From the NCBI GenBank assembly GCA_965113315.1, contig OZ220366.1: a DNA stretch of 64,000 nt. The stretch is one strand, 5' to 3'. This DNA is from Podarcis vaucheri. Taxonomy: Eukaryota. Below the pieces are notes generated by a model. That model made no database searches, was not told the origin of the DNA, and saw nothing but the letters and a program-made list of their open reading frames with translations. Shown here piece after piece: positions 38,472-51,212 of the stretch. Position 1 is the stretch's first letter. Every line of letters starts with the position of its first letter. A program made the translations under genes and the position numbers.

Positions 38472-40101
38472 GTCAGCTTGTAGAACACTCTCAAGGTGTC
38501 ATCAGGAAATAAATAGGCCATTGATTTACACAAGGAACTATTGATGTACTAATGAACTATTCTGATGATAGAAACATTCAGCCAAAACAGCATTTTCTGA
38601 AGAAGCTACAGTCCATGAATGGTTACCACAGAATATGTAGATGAATGTCCTCTTCTTGTCCAGTGATGGTTGATGAGTCAATTTAAATGTTAATTTTTGA
38701 CACGACAAGGTGGAGCCATAGTAGTAATCTGCCTTTTTTTAAACATTATTTTACAAATATTTTCATTATAGCCTAGACAGTAGAAGAGAGGTTATTGCAA
38801 TTCTAATTATATTCAGTTACATTTTCATCTACCAAATGATGTTTGTATTTGTAATTGGATCAAATTATGGTTTGCATGTGCAAACAAACACATTCTCTCA
38901 CTCACACAGGTGTGGCAAAGAATGTTAAAGTACGTAGAGAGTTCCAGGATTGAGATTTCATTCACTGTTATATTTCCTTTTCCTTTTCCTTGTCCTGCAG
39001 AAAATGATGTAGATGGCAAAGCTATGCCAGGGAATCTTTTTTGTTTTGCTTGCTTCACTATTGGCACCAACTGAATCTGAAAAGACAGTCAAAACATACT
39101 TAGAAATGGATAGCTGATACTCCCTGCGGACAGTTAACATTCATAGATAACACACAGTTGTGGTGAAAGTGTTTGGCATGTGGCCACTTAACACTATCAC
39201 ATTCCTAAAATACTTGGTAGGCAATGTTTTGATACACTTGGCCTACCTCAGTCAATTGAAACCTGGTAGTTCTGATGCCAGCTGCCTGGATGATTAAGAG
39301 GGAAATGCAGTGCAGAGATGCCAATATCTATCTAGCAGATAGACACCTGTCAGAAAATGCATTCTCACATGAATTGTGCTCTAAGAAAAGACAGTTTATA
39401 GTTTATTTTTGTACCCGTCAGTCTAGCACATCTCCTCATACATTTCTCCCCATTCCACAAAGCTCTCTGGGGCCCTCTTGGCTAGGTCAGTCTCAGTTTG
39501 TCTCAGGGATTCTTTCAAGAGCGTCCTTCAATAAGGTTAGGAAAAGATGTGATGCTGGCATTTGCTTTGGTTTGAAGGTTGATGGGGAAAGTGTGTAGCC
39601 ACAATCAAAGGTAGGGGCATTTCCTTGTCATAAATTGTGCACAGATCCTACTAACAGCTGTAATTGCATCCCAATAATTTCTTCTGTCTGTTGCTCTGAA
39701 GCACCCTCTCGTAGGTTGGTCCTGAAATACTCATCCTCCCCTTCCATCCTACTGCAGGGTGGAGCAGGGTCTTTTTATCAGCTGGGTGCACATTAAGAGA
39801 AACCCACTAAGAAAGAACTTCCACATTTCTCCATTTGCCTAGCTGAAGCCAAGTTTTAGCATGGCTGCTTCTGCTGTAGAAGGTTTAGAAGAATTTGCTA
39901 GAGGCACAGATCCTCAAATTTTGCACTCTCATGCTCTTCTTTAGACAGCTAAAAATATCTGAGGCCCAACATTGGACATGGTAACAAGATGGTGGCAAAT
40001 GGAAGTGGACAGTGGCAGGATCAGAAGGAAATCACTGGCACTCCCGTTGGAAGTTGCTAAATTCATTGCTGCACTTCTTTGTGGCACAGAGTTCCAAAGT
40101 A

Positions 40102-40341
40102 CAGTGGTACCTCAGTTTAAGAACAGCCCTGTTTATGAACTATTCGGTATAAGAACTCCGCAAAACCGGAAATAGTGTTCCAGTTAGCAAACTTTATCTC
40201 AGTCTATGAATGGAATCTGAATGGTGGAAGGGCACCAGCGGCTGGAGGCCTCATTAGGGAAAGCGTGCTTCAGTTTAAGAACTTCTTTGGTTTAAGAACG
40301 GACTTCCGGAATGGATTAAGTTCGTAAACCAAGGTACCACT
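40102..40341. mobile_element. Tc1/mariner-type MITE (related subfamily)
   Basis: TA-CAGTGGTACCTC...AGGTACCACT termini; internal sequence differs from the 37737 family. Confidence 0.8.
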
Positions 40342-41523
40342 AAACATTTTTTGCCCCTTGAGATATCCCAACTCATTCTCCCCATTTTAGAAATAATTTT
40401 CTGAAACAGAGACTCTATAAGTGAAGAGAGGTTTTCATTTTATATCCTCATGATTTATTTGCAAACACGCTTACCCAGGTGTTTTCATGGTACAAAGGGT
40501 ATAGATCAGCACACATTTGTTCCGGGCCTGAATAAACTGCCAGTGCCAATCAGGCCACAGGAAGTTTTCTTGAACAGGCCAACCCTTACCTTACATTCTG
40601 TACACAAGTGCAGATGTGCAAGCGCAAAGCAATCAGCTGTGATACGTGCCCACACATAAATGTGGCCCGTGCTCCTTTGAAATACCCAGAAGCAGCAACC
40701 AGGGAAGATTCCTGCTTCCATGGATTTTAAAAGGGATACCACATTTTACACGCATCACCCATCAGAACTGACGAGAGTATATATTTTGTAATGGTATCAA
40801 GTGTGCTTGGACACAAAGGTCATGGCAAAGACAAACCTTAAAGCTGGATTAGCCATTATCTTAAGTTGCCATAATGGCAGGTTTGTGATCAAGCTGTAGC
40901 AAACACTAGGGTTGTGCATGCTGCTTTGAGGAATGACCGAATCCAGCTGTTTTGAGTTCAGATATAATGCCCCAAAGTAGCTTGCAGGGCCATTGGCTGC
41001 TGGATTTGTTCTGCGAGCTGACATGAGTGCTCAATAGGAGCAGACATCTTTTGTTCTGCTTCCCTGGTCCCTTTATTGGAATATTAACCTCATTCAGAAA
41101 AGCATGCAGTTCATGCCCACAGGGGGTGTCTGCCATTATGATGACTGTGGAATTACTAGGAGCAATGCATAAGCCAAAGGTTTAGCAGTGCCTGTTTCAC
41201 ATCCCCTTTCTAGATGTTCAAAGGGGGCTAAAACGAAAGCATGCTGGAAGGGAAGCAGTATTGCAACGGCACTGGATCTTCTCCCTCTTCGGAAGCTCAC
41301 TCAAGCAAGCTATCCTTCATTCATTTGTTAGGCTATACATTTATTCCTTTTACAAAGCATAATTCAATTTTTGGTTGTACCTGTTAATACATCTTGTTAT
41401 ATTTTGTTATACAAAAATATTACTATCAAACAATCCAAGATAACTATTCATGCAGATTATTATGGGAATCCATTTTTCCATAATCGGAGCAAGGGGACAA
41501 AATTCTCTTTCAAATAATGAATA

Positions 41524-41765
41524 CACTGGTACCTTGGGTTACATACGCTTCAGGTTACATACGCTTCAGGTTACAGACTCGGCTAACCCAGAAATAGTGC
41601 TTCAGGTTAAGAACTTTGCTTCAGGATGAGAACAGAAATTGTGCTCCAGCGGCGCAGCAGCCGCAGGAGGCCCCATTAGCTAAAGTGGTGCTTCAGGTTA
41701 AGAACATTTTCAGGTTAAGTACGGACCTCCGGAACGAATTAAGTACTTAACCCGAGGTACCACTG
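41524..41765. mobile_element. Tc1/mariner-type MITE
   Basis: Close paralogue of 37737-37977; TA duplication. Confidence 0.88.
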
Positions 41766-43550
41766 TAATTGTGAAATGAGGTGGAAGCTCATTATAAGCC
41801 CCCATTGCTGCTTACACTGCTGTGATTAAAAGGACCCTTCGATGAGTTGATGAGCAAATCCCATGTGACTGGCCCTTCATCCCTTGCCAACCCGAAATAT
41901 AGGCTACAATTTGGGCTGTACATCTACTTAGTCAAGAGTGAGCCCCATGGAACCCTAGTGGACTTACTTCTTCGTAAACATGCCTAGAATAAGGCGAAAT
42001 GCTTGCTATTTTAAACACCTCTGAGGGCTAAGAGCCAACACAATTCGTATTCAGGAGAGCACATAGGCATGTTGTCAAAAACCGGCTCTAAACCTTCCTA
42101 TAGGTGACACTTCCTCAGAATGACAATTCTTATCTCGAAGGACGAGTGAAGCAGTCAGGTTAAATCAGTCAATGACCATCTGGGTATTTGGCTTAAGAAA
42201 GCCAGGCGTAACTGTCTTCCGAGGAGTTTTGTTGTCACTTTAAGATACTGTTGCTATTGTTGCCCCAAAAGATATAGTCACAACTTTTGTAAGGCCGTAT
42301 ATGCAATGGAACTTCCGGAGTTTTGAAAATACGGGCTTTTGTCAAGGTGTGAACTAGTGATATGCCAGAATCTGTCCTCCGGTTTTTCAGACGTTTTCAT
42401 CCGCTGAAAGAAGCTTCGATTTTAATGCCGCATTCTCCAGGCAATTGAAAATTCCTTTGGAATTTCAGTGAAGTTAACCTTATCATAGTGAGATGGCTGG
42501 TCTGTTGTCATTTTCTTTCCATTAATCATTATTCCAGCACCCTGTAGCCTCCCCTGCTGCCCACACTTCCTGTTTGAAAAAGCCCCATGGGAGAAGGTAC
42601 CGCAGGATGTCTTCCTCTGACCTCTAATTGAAGCGCGGGAGCCAGAAGGCCTGGGTTGTTGTTGTTTTTTTAAAAAAAGTATTTCCCTTAACCTTAAAAA
42701 CAAACAAATAATCTTTCCACACTAAGGTCTTTAAAAGTTTTTTAAAAAGACAAATAATGGTTGTCTGGTACCCAATAGTTAGTCTTTCCACTGTGCTGTT
42801 CTTAACTGGAAGGTGAAGCTGAGAGAACCAAGGGATTTTCAGGAAGTGCAGGCACCCAGGAAGGCTGCAGAGTGTGACCAGTAGAAAGACCTTGAGAGCC
42901 TCTTTGGTGAGCCTTTTCCATGTGGGGTGAGTACCAGCGGTATGCAAATCTATCAATTTCAGCTTCTCTTCGTTTGTGATTATTATTCATTTCTGGTGCA
43001 AAAATTGCCCAATATGCAATTGTTTATATGTGATATTGCCTAATATATGCATCTTTACAGAGCAACATCCCTTAATATAGTGCATTTTTGTATGTTTTCA
43101 AGAATATGCATTATTCTGGACACTTTACGTGGCTGGGGAACTGTATTGCAAAATCTGGAGTGAAGTTTGAAGGATAGCTGTGTTTTCATTCTCATATCTT
43201 CCCTGTAATTTAAAATATTAATACTTTGAACTTGGCCTGGAAAATGAAAATATCTGTGTGTGAGAGAGAACAGAGTGGTCTTTCTCAGGGTGTGAAGCTG
43301 AGAAAGATGGGAGCTGTCCCAAGTGAGGGATGGGTAGATGTGGATCTCTGTGAATTGAAGATAGAAGGTTGATAGAATATAAAATTTTGTTTTTGTGTGG
43401 GTGTTTCTTTTTTCTTTCTTTTCTTTTTATTATTTTTTCACTTTTTAGATATTAGCTTTGTTTGGTTTTTATTGTAGAATATGTTAAAAACCATTAATAA
43501 AATTGATTTTAAAAAAGAACACGACTCCGCTTAGGTGGAAAGGAGTCATA

Positions 43551-43910
43551 AAAGGTATTATGGTAAAGGATCCCTGACAGTTAAGTGCAGTTGCAAACGA
43601 CTCTGGGGTTGCGGCGCTCATCTCACTTTACTGGCTGAGGGAGCCAATGTTTGTCTGTAGACAGTTTTTCCAGGTCATGTGGCCAGCATGACTAAGCCGC
43701 TTCTGGCAAAACCAGAGCAGCACACGGAAACACTGTTTACCTTCCCACCAGAGCGGTACCTATTTATCTACTTGCACTTTGACGTGCTTTTGAACTGCTA
43801 GGTTGGCAGGAGCTGGGACAGAGCAACAGGAGCTCACCCCGTCGCAGGGATTCAAACTGCTGACTTTCCAATTGGCAAGCCCAAGAGGTTCAGTGGTTTA
43901 GACCACAGCG
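43551..43910 (-). mobile_element. Sauria SINE (older, CpG-decayed)
   Basis: Reverse complement of the 14368 copy over ~350 bp; no clear TSD. Confidence 0.9.
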
Positions 43911-45001
43911 GTGGTAATGAAATTATATATTGCACAGCTCTCCTTTAGTAGAATTATTGCAATGACACACAACCTTTCGGTTTTCGTGCCACCAGTAATA
44001 CATTTGGGAACATTAGTAACTATAGCTTAATATTATTAGTTAAGTTAAACTTTATTTGTTAAGGCTGCAGTCCAATATGCACCTACTAAGCACTAAGACC
44101 CATTGAATCAAGTAGGATGTCCTTCTGAGTAAGCATACATAGGATTGTTCTGAAATTCTTTGAAATCATTGGGCACAATCTAGCCAAAGTAAACAAAACA
44201 TTATAAGACCTTCAGTGAGAGAGGGTTTTTTTTAAAGCACATGCTTAATGTTCTCCAGTTGAAATTAATGGGGCATTACAAAGTGCTTAACTTTGGCTGG
44301 ATGGGTTCCATTATTAGTCATAACTGGAATATGTGCATCTGGATGAGGGCAGTAATTATTTAATTTTATTTTGTTAGCCAAAAGCTTCCATCAGTGAGAA
44401 CACAGCACTGAAAGACCGACATCTGTTCTCTAAGGCACAAATAAGGTTATGTGTTCAGGAAATGTAGTTATGGTCAAGGCTAGGGAAATATATTCAGCTT
44501 GGGTTTTGTTTTTTTACTCTTGAGTTTTGCTGCCTATTCTTTGTCTAACAAAAGACCCTAAAGTTTCTTCTAGAACCAAGGACCATGCGTTCACTTCTAC
44601 CCTAACCTTCAGTTGTACTACTTCAGAACACAGAATTTATTTTGCATTTATGTTCAAAGTGCTCCACAGTGATAAATTCAAGACTCCTCGCAATAGTCTT
44701 ATAAAGGTAGGCTGGTGTTATCATCCCCATTATGAGACACAGAGGCTGAGAGGATTGTACACAATTTAAGGGCCTCTGGCCGACTGGCCAGCTATCTCTT
44801 CCTTTGGCTTCCTTTGATTAACTCTGTTGGAACCAAAAGAAAACAGTGCTGAGATGAGGAGGAATAATGCCTAATTAGTGTTTAATTCTGACATTTAAAA
44901 CCAGTTTTTGTTTCAACTTCTGCCTTTTCATGAATACACAGCACTTTAGAAATAGGTGGCAGTGGGCTTTTTCCTTCTTTTTTTCACCATCAGTCACTAA
45001 A

Positions 45002-45803
45002 GCGTGTTCTCACTAGCAGAGAGCACGTGTTGCGGTTGGGGAGCAGGCCACCATCATGACTAGGCAAATTTGGGGAACCCAAGCTGGTAAAGGGTTAATT
45101 GGGTTGCTGGGGATTTTTGTATGTTGCTAATTTGGAGGAGGGGTCAGAGTCTATAAATTGAGGAGTTAGACTAGGGGACGTCCTCTTGGCCGTTTTGCAT
45201 CGGATCACCCGCCCCCCTCCCTTTTTATAGGGTGGTTCTTGGGTTCATTTGACCTTGCTATGCCTGTCATGGGGTTGTTCGCCTTTGAGCGGGGGCCTGG
45301 TAGGAATTTTGCCATTTGGCTGATTGGCTGTTGCCATTTGGTTTTTGCCTACTGCGTAGCAAATCGTCACAACTTGTAAGGTTGGCGGTTAGGCATTGGT
45401 TAAATTGGTGCTTGGAGGGGTAAGGTGCCTATCCCTCCAAATGATGCGAATGGGAATTCCGTTAAAGGAATCCAGGGGCTTGCCATTCTTTCGTCCTTGT
45501 CCGTGGTGCCGGGCTTGGGCCGTGCAAGCCCCACCGGAACATGAGGGTGAGAGGTGTTGGACTGAATTCCCAGCCTCATTTCTCCCCAATACTTGTTTCC
45601 CACGCTGGCTTCCGGTGGTGCCCGGAAGTTTCAGCTCTGTCCTCGGGGGCAAGGACAGAAAGTCATAACCAATGCCTAAGCAACCACTCACATTTTCTGT
45701 ATTTGAATAAAGTTGTGGCCAAAATTTATGCCAAAAACCTTAAACAAAAATTAACGTGTGCTGTGTGAATTTTTGGGGGGTGGCACTGCGGAACTCAACA
45801 CGC
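45002..45803 (+). mobile_element. ~800-bp non-coding repeat; probable solo terminal repeat or non-autonomous derivative of a tyrosine-recombinase (DIRS/Ngaro-like) retroelement
   Basis: Homologous end-to-end to 53140-54313; termini GCGTGTT/AACACGC flanked by A-runs rather than a TSD; TATAAA ~45152, AATAAA ~45706. The family assignment is an inference. Confidence 0.6.
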
Positions 45804-47473
45804 AACCAGCGATACAACAAGCAGAAAGATTTTCATTTAGCTGCTGTTAACCACAACGCCATCCTACGTAACAAAAATAAACCCAATGCTAAGTAATGGG
45901 ATAATAAAAAACAACAATTGCTGAAGTTAACAGATAAATATCATTAGTATACAAAGGAATAAAGCTGTACACAGGCATCAAGAGTACCATTAAGCTGTTT
46001 CACTTCCACACCAGAAGAAGACATTTCCATTAGAGAGCTGATGAGTGCTTTTTCAAGAGCTACATTGCTTTTTGCAAAATGTCATTGAACACTAATATCT
46101 TTGAGCAGATTTATCTCACAGTTTTAAATTTGAAATATAGCAGTACAATTACTAGATTTTTTTTAAAAAACCAAACATTTAGACTATATTAAGTTTAACC
46201 CCACCCCATCCAACCCTTTCTCAGAAAACTTTAGTGCTTCCCAGCCTCAAGATGCCTAAACCACAAAGGACACATTTAATGAAACTTGCAAGTAAATAAG
46301 AAAAAAATTGCCCTTCTTGTAGCCTGACAATTGCCACCGGCAATAAGGTCACGACATGTAACCTTTGAAGAACTTGAAAAAACATTAATATAATATAATG
46401 ATTCCATCTTCTTAATAGAAATAATTAAGCTGAACTTGGTCTTTTCTTGTTAACTTTGTAGACATGGCTTGTAGGACAACTATTCAGTTTGGAGCACTGA
46501 CACCCATTCCCACATTGTAATTTACTAGATAAAATATTATGATTAAGAGTTTTGCATACACTTTGCATTTAGGTGGCAGACTCCAGGCTCTGCCACTGTT
46601 GTTTTGACACCATTTGTGTAATTCCTAGTTTGATGTGAGAATATTTTGGAGCTCACCACAATATAATTGTGATCCCTCTCTACTGATGAATATCAGTGAA
46701 AATGCAGCGAAAATTAAAGGAAAGGGCCTCAGCACGGTTTGGGTGGATAAGGTCCTAAGTAATAACCAGGAAAGCCCTACCTCTACCCAACAGCCAATAA
46801 ACAGCTCAAAACAAACAGTTAATTTAAAGGGACTGTATACCTGGTTGGTAGGGCACATGTATTTAAGTTCCACATTCAATCTGCTTTAGGGTGCACCAGG
46901 GCAAGAAAGGAGGCCAGCTTAGAAGGCTGCTGCCAGTAGATGCCCTTTATTTATTTTCCATTTATTCACTGCCCTTTTTTTTGGCAAGGCACTCAATGCA
47001 GCTCCCATCCCTTGCAGTAATGGTTTGCAATTTAATAGACTCAATACAAAAAGGGGAAAGTGATGGAGAGGGGAAAGGAAATCCAAGGATATTGGCTACT
47101 GCATTAGGGGTGGAGCCAAATGGTGGTTGTTCACCAGATTCCTCATATTCCTTACCAGATTCCTTATATTCTATACTTAAAAGGGTATAATGCCATGAAG
47201 AGGAACTACACACACTCTCAACTGTATGTTAGGCTTTGCCACTCAAACCTAAAGAACATTAAAATCAGGAAAGGGAGTGTCAGTGTTCCACAAAGCCCAC
47301 CTTGCTTTCTGTTCCAGGTCCATTTCTGCAAGAGCCCATTTGTAAAAGGGCGTGTAATATTACAAACAAAAATGTTGCCTGTTTCTTCTGCTTAGAGTTT
47401 TGCCCTGTTAGCTTAGGGCACAGAGGCTCATTTAATTTCATTGTACACAGCTTGTACAATGACAATAAAGGTA

Positions 47474-47536
<63 letters not shown>
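47474..47536 (+). repeat. (ATT)n microsatellite
   Basis: Trinucleotide run; explains the poly-N/L/I ORFs in the track. Confidence 0.97.
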
Positions 47537-48143
47537 CGTCATCATCATTATCCAATGTGGTGCCCTACTCCATGCTGTTGGATTCCAACTCCTATCAGCT
47601 GTAGCTAGCATGATTGGTGGCCAATGATGATGGGAGTTGTAGTCCAACAATATCTGCAAGGCACATTGTTTGCTGTTCCCGGCTTGGGGCAATTATCTGG
47701 ATGCAAAATGACCACTGAGGTCATTTTGCCACATTCTATCTGGATGGTATTGACTGCCATCCCCAGTGGAGCAGGTACTATTTTTCAGTCTAGGCTGCAA
47801 ATGAGAATATATGAGTGACTAGGAGATTTGTTTTTGGGTTTTTTAACCACCTTAGGTTGGTTTGCTGACTGCTACCCTACCTGCAGAAAGAACTGAGTGA
47901 GATTGAAATCCTGTGCACACTTACTTGGGAGTAAGTGCCATTGTACTCAGTGGGACATACTGTTCAATAAAATGCCATGAGGTTGTACTGGCAATCTCAG
48001 GTATACATACACCAGTTGCGTCCAGACTTGACTGCTGCCATTTGCTGCATACAGAATTGCCTTAGAAAGAAAAGAATGGAAACTGCAGTTGGTCCATAAT
48101 GTAGGAGGAAGACAATTAGTGTTGCACTAATTCTACATCAATT

Positions 48144-48300
48144 GCATTGGTTCCCAATTTGTTTTCAGGCTCAACTTAAAAGTGCTGGTGTTGACACTGA
48201 ACAGCCTGAGACCAGGTTATTTGAAAGACTGCTTGATCCCATGTGAACATGAGTGCTAAGATCAGGATCAAAGGTTGTACTCTGATCCCACTAGAAGATA
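48144..48300 (+). mobile_element. Old L2 LINE ORF2 3' remnant
   Basis: LHWFPICFQAQ..KVLVL...GYLKDCL-like remnant typical of L2 ORF2 C-termini. Confidence 0.6.
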
Positions 48301-49560
48301 CAAAGGACAGAACTCCCTTCCTGTGAAAATCCAATACATTCCTTTTCTTTTTAAGACAGTCTTTGAAAATCTTTTTATTATGTCATACCTTTAGCAACTG
48401 GTTTTATCATTCCTGGTGGCTTTTAGATTAGATTTCTGCCAATATGTTTTTAAACTATATTTGATACTGTGTATGTTGTTTGTTACTGTATACTTTTCAA
48501 TTGCTCTTTTATTGTTTCGCTCTCTCCTTTTGAGAGCTTCCCTGACAGAACACACACATGCATGGACACACGCAGATATTTAAATGAAATAAATATATAG
48601 GACTTGAAGGGGCAGAGGTCATAGTGGCTCTTACAGAAATGAAATCTGTTACAACAGGATGTGTAGGAACTTCTGTATCAACTGCTCAAAGGCATCTAAG
48701 ACTACTGCAAAGCTCAATTCCTTATACTTCATGCTTCAATACTGTAAATGTACATTTGCCAGTCTCTAGAAGGATTCAGGCAGACTCCTTCTCTCATGTG
48801 ATTATTACAATTGTCATGGTTTAGCTTGGTTGTTTGAAAACATTATGAAGGTTCAGTTGTCGTGAATAAAATCCAGGAATCAAGTACACATCAGTGGGTT
48901 ATTAGGCTGGGGCACAAGAAGCTTTCCACAGATCATTTTACTGAAAACAAGTGGTCTGAAATTTGATTGCTAGTATCATGCATCTGATCTAAATATGGGA
49001 ACAGAAAATGTCTGGAAGGAGCCCATTTTAAAAACCACTCTGGAATCAGGTTAAGCTGCTGAAATGCATGAAACAGTGGAGTCCTAGCTGTGTCACCTTT
49101 TGTCTCCCTTCTAGTCATCTCCCATGGCAGGAGGTCTACCTTTAAGGAGCAAGGTACCAGGAGATGGTGCTCTGCTTTTTGGCTTTCTTACAATGGACAA
49201 AATCTGGGGGAAAGAAACAATACATTGTTGACATGGAGCGTTTTGCGGGTTGGATCTCTGTGACTGAATGGTCAGGAACTTGATAAAATGGTGTTAATAA
49301 CCATGAACGGGACTCTGATTTGCAATTCACCCTGACTTGGTATCTGGCACATCTGAAAGATGTGCATGTGTGAAACAGCCATTCTGAATTTTGGTAGAGT
49401 GAAATAGAAACATACAGAAACTTGGGACCTTTAACTTGACTCTTCAGGGTGGAGCAGCTCTAACTGGGGAAACTTGGATGGAAGAAAAATATTATTCAAT
49501 TTTAATGCATACATACATACATACATACATAATTTTATTTGTTTGCCACCATTCTGCAGT

Positions 49561-49561
<1 letters not shown>

Positions 49562-49611
<50 letters not shown>

Positions 49612-49760
49612 TTTATATCCCGCCCTTCCCAGCCGAAGCCAGGCTCAGGGCGGCTAACAACAATAAAACAGTACAAAAGTACATCACAAACAACACTCTA
49701 AAATCATTCATTATAAAATTAATTCAAATCAAGCCACTGGCAACCATTGGGCCAGAGCTC
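49562..49760 (-). mobile_element. L2-type LINE 3' end with (TTA)n tail
   Basis: (TAA)n followed by atatcccgcccttcccagc...ggctcagggcggct, the L2-type terminal stem-loop in reverse. Confidence 0.65.
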
Positions 49761-51085
49761 AATGCTCCGCTTGAGCATTTAAACCATGCTCAATGTGGCT
49801 TAAATAAAACATTAAAAATATACAACCTAACTGAACAATTTCCATTTGAATTACAAGATTGAAAATAAATATACAAAATAAAAACAGCAGCAAAAGCAGC
49901 ACCCCCCTCCAAGCTAAACTCTCCAAAACTCCAGTCCAAGAGTCTGTTCAGCTGCCTTAGCTTTTGTAGCTGGAGTCAGTCAGGGCCCCACTCTCCATCA
50001 TGGGACAGTGATTTTGCAGTGAGCACTTCTATACTAGGCAATTTTACACCGGGGGGGGGGGATCACTGCAATTTATCCAGAATTAAAACGAAACCTACCT
50101 TTCTGGGATCTGCCAAGGGCTTAATAAATATCTTTAGACACCCAAATTACTCTGGGATATGGCACAGAAAATAAACACAATGAAACAAAATTAAGTCTAA
50201 AAAAAATTTGATCTGAATTTAACTTGGCCCTTTCTGGCATTATTAACTCATTTCACTACTTAATATTTATGCTATTTGTGAAGGGCAATGCTATATTTCC
50301 CCAGGTAGTTCTCTTCATTAAATGTATACTGATATTTAAATTGCAAGGCAGGCTGGGTGAACACAGAGTGCAAAATTGCTTGCTTAGCGGGATTGCTATA
50401 GTGCTTTCCCCCACAAAATCACTGGCTTTGTCAATATTTCTTTCGGTCTTTAATAATTTAAGCCAAAGCTGACAGCTTGCAGTAATAATATGAAAAATAC
50501 TTTCTTTTTTCCTCAGCAAGCACAGGGATACTGGCAATCTGTGGAGAAGGACAATTGAATTCAATAATCTTTGGGTTTCAGAATGTGTGAGCATCTTAGA
50601 ATATCTTATCTCCGTAGGGCTATTAAGAGCCGAAAATCTAGTCTGCTGTGTAACTGCAGTGTTGGACTCAACACACTTTTTGCTCATCTAGAGGGTTGTT
50701 TCCCCACTTTTTTTGCTTACTATTAGAATAGGCCAGAAGATGGGACCAGCCAAGCTGACCAGAGACCACCAGCCATGTGGACTAATAGCAGGAGTTTTAT
50801 ACCAGTAAATCTTGTGCTTTTCCCACGTGCAAATATGGACTGGGGCTTGGTTAGAGCATTTGGGCCAAATTGATTTGGAAGTGATCTTCCTATTAAGTTT
50901 GGGTAATATATTGATGTTAAATTAATTTATTTTAGAGATGATTTGGCAAAAATATTTTTCTTGCTTTCTGTGAAATGTATGTCCATTTTCAAGCAGAAAG
51001 CTGGGACCAAAGTGTTTTTGGGGCCACTGACTCAGGCACACTCAGAGTAAATCCATTAAAATCAATGGATTTGAATTGGTCGTTT

Positions 51086-51212
51086 CAGTGCTATTTTTTC
51101 TAGAAAAAGAGGTGCCAGAACTCACCATGAACACCTCCCTTGTTCTCTTATAATTGCAGTGACACCCACCTGAGAGGTGGCAAAACTGAGTCCCAGCTGA
51201 AGAAAAGCCCTG
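51086..51212. mobile_element. hAT-type MITE
   Basis: Reverse complement of 12829-12963; flanks GTCGT(C)TT duplicated. Confidence 0.78.

Noticed and set aside
47280-47692. Poly-Asn/Leu/Ile ORFs (also near 33190 and 49560)
   Set aside because: Translations of (ATT)n/(TAA)n microsatellites.
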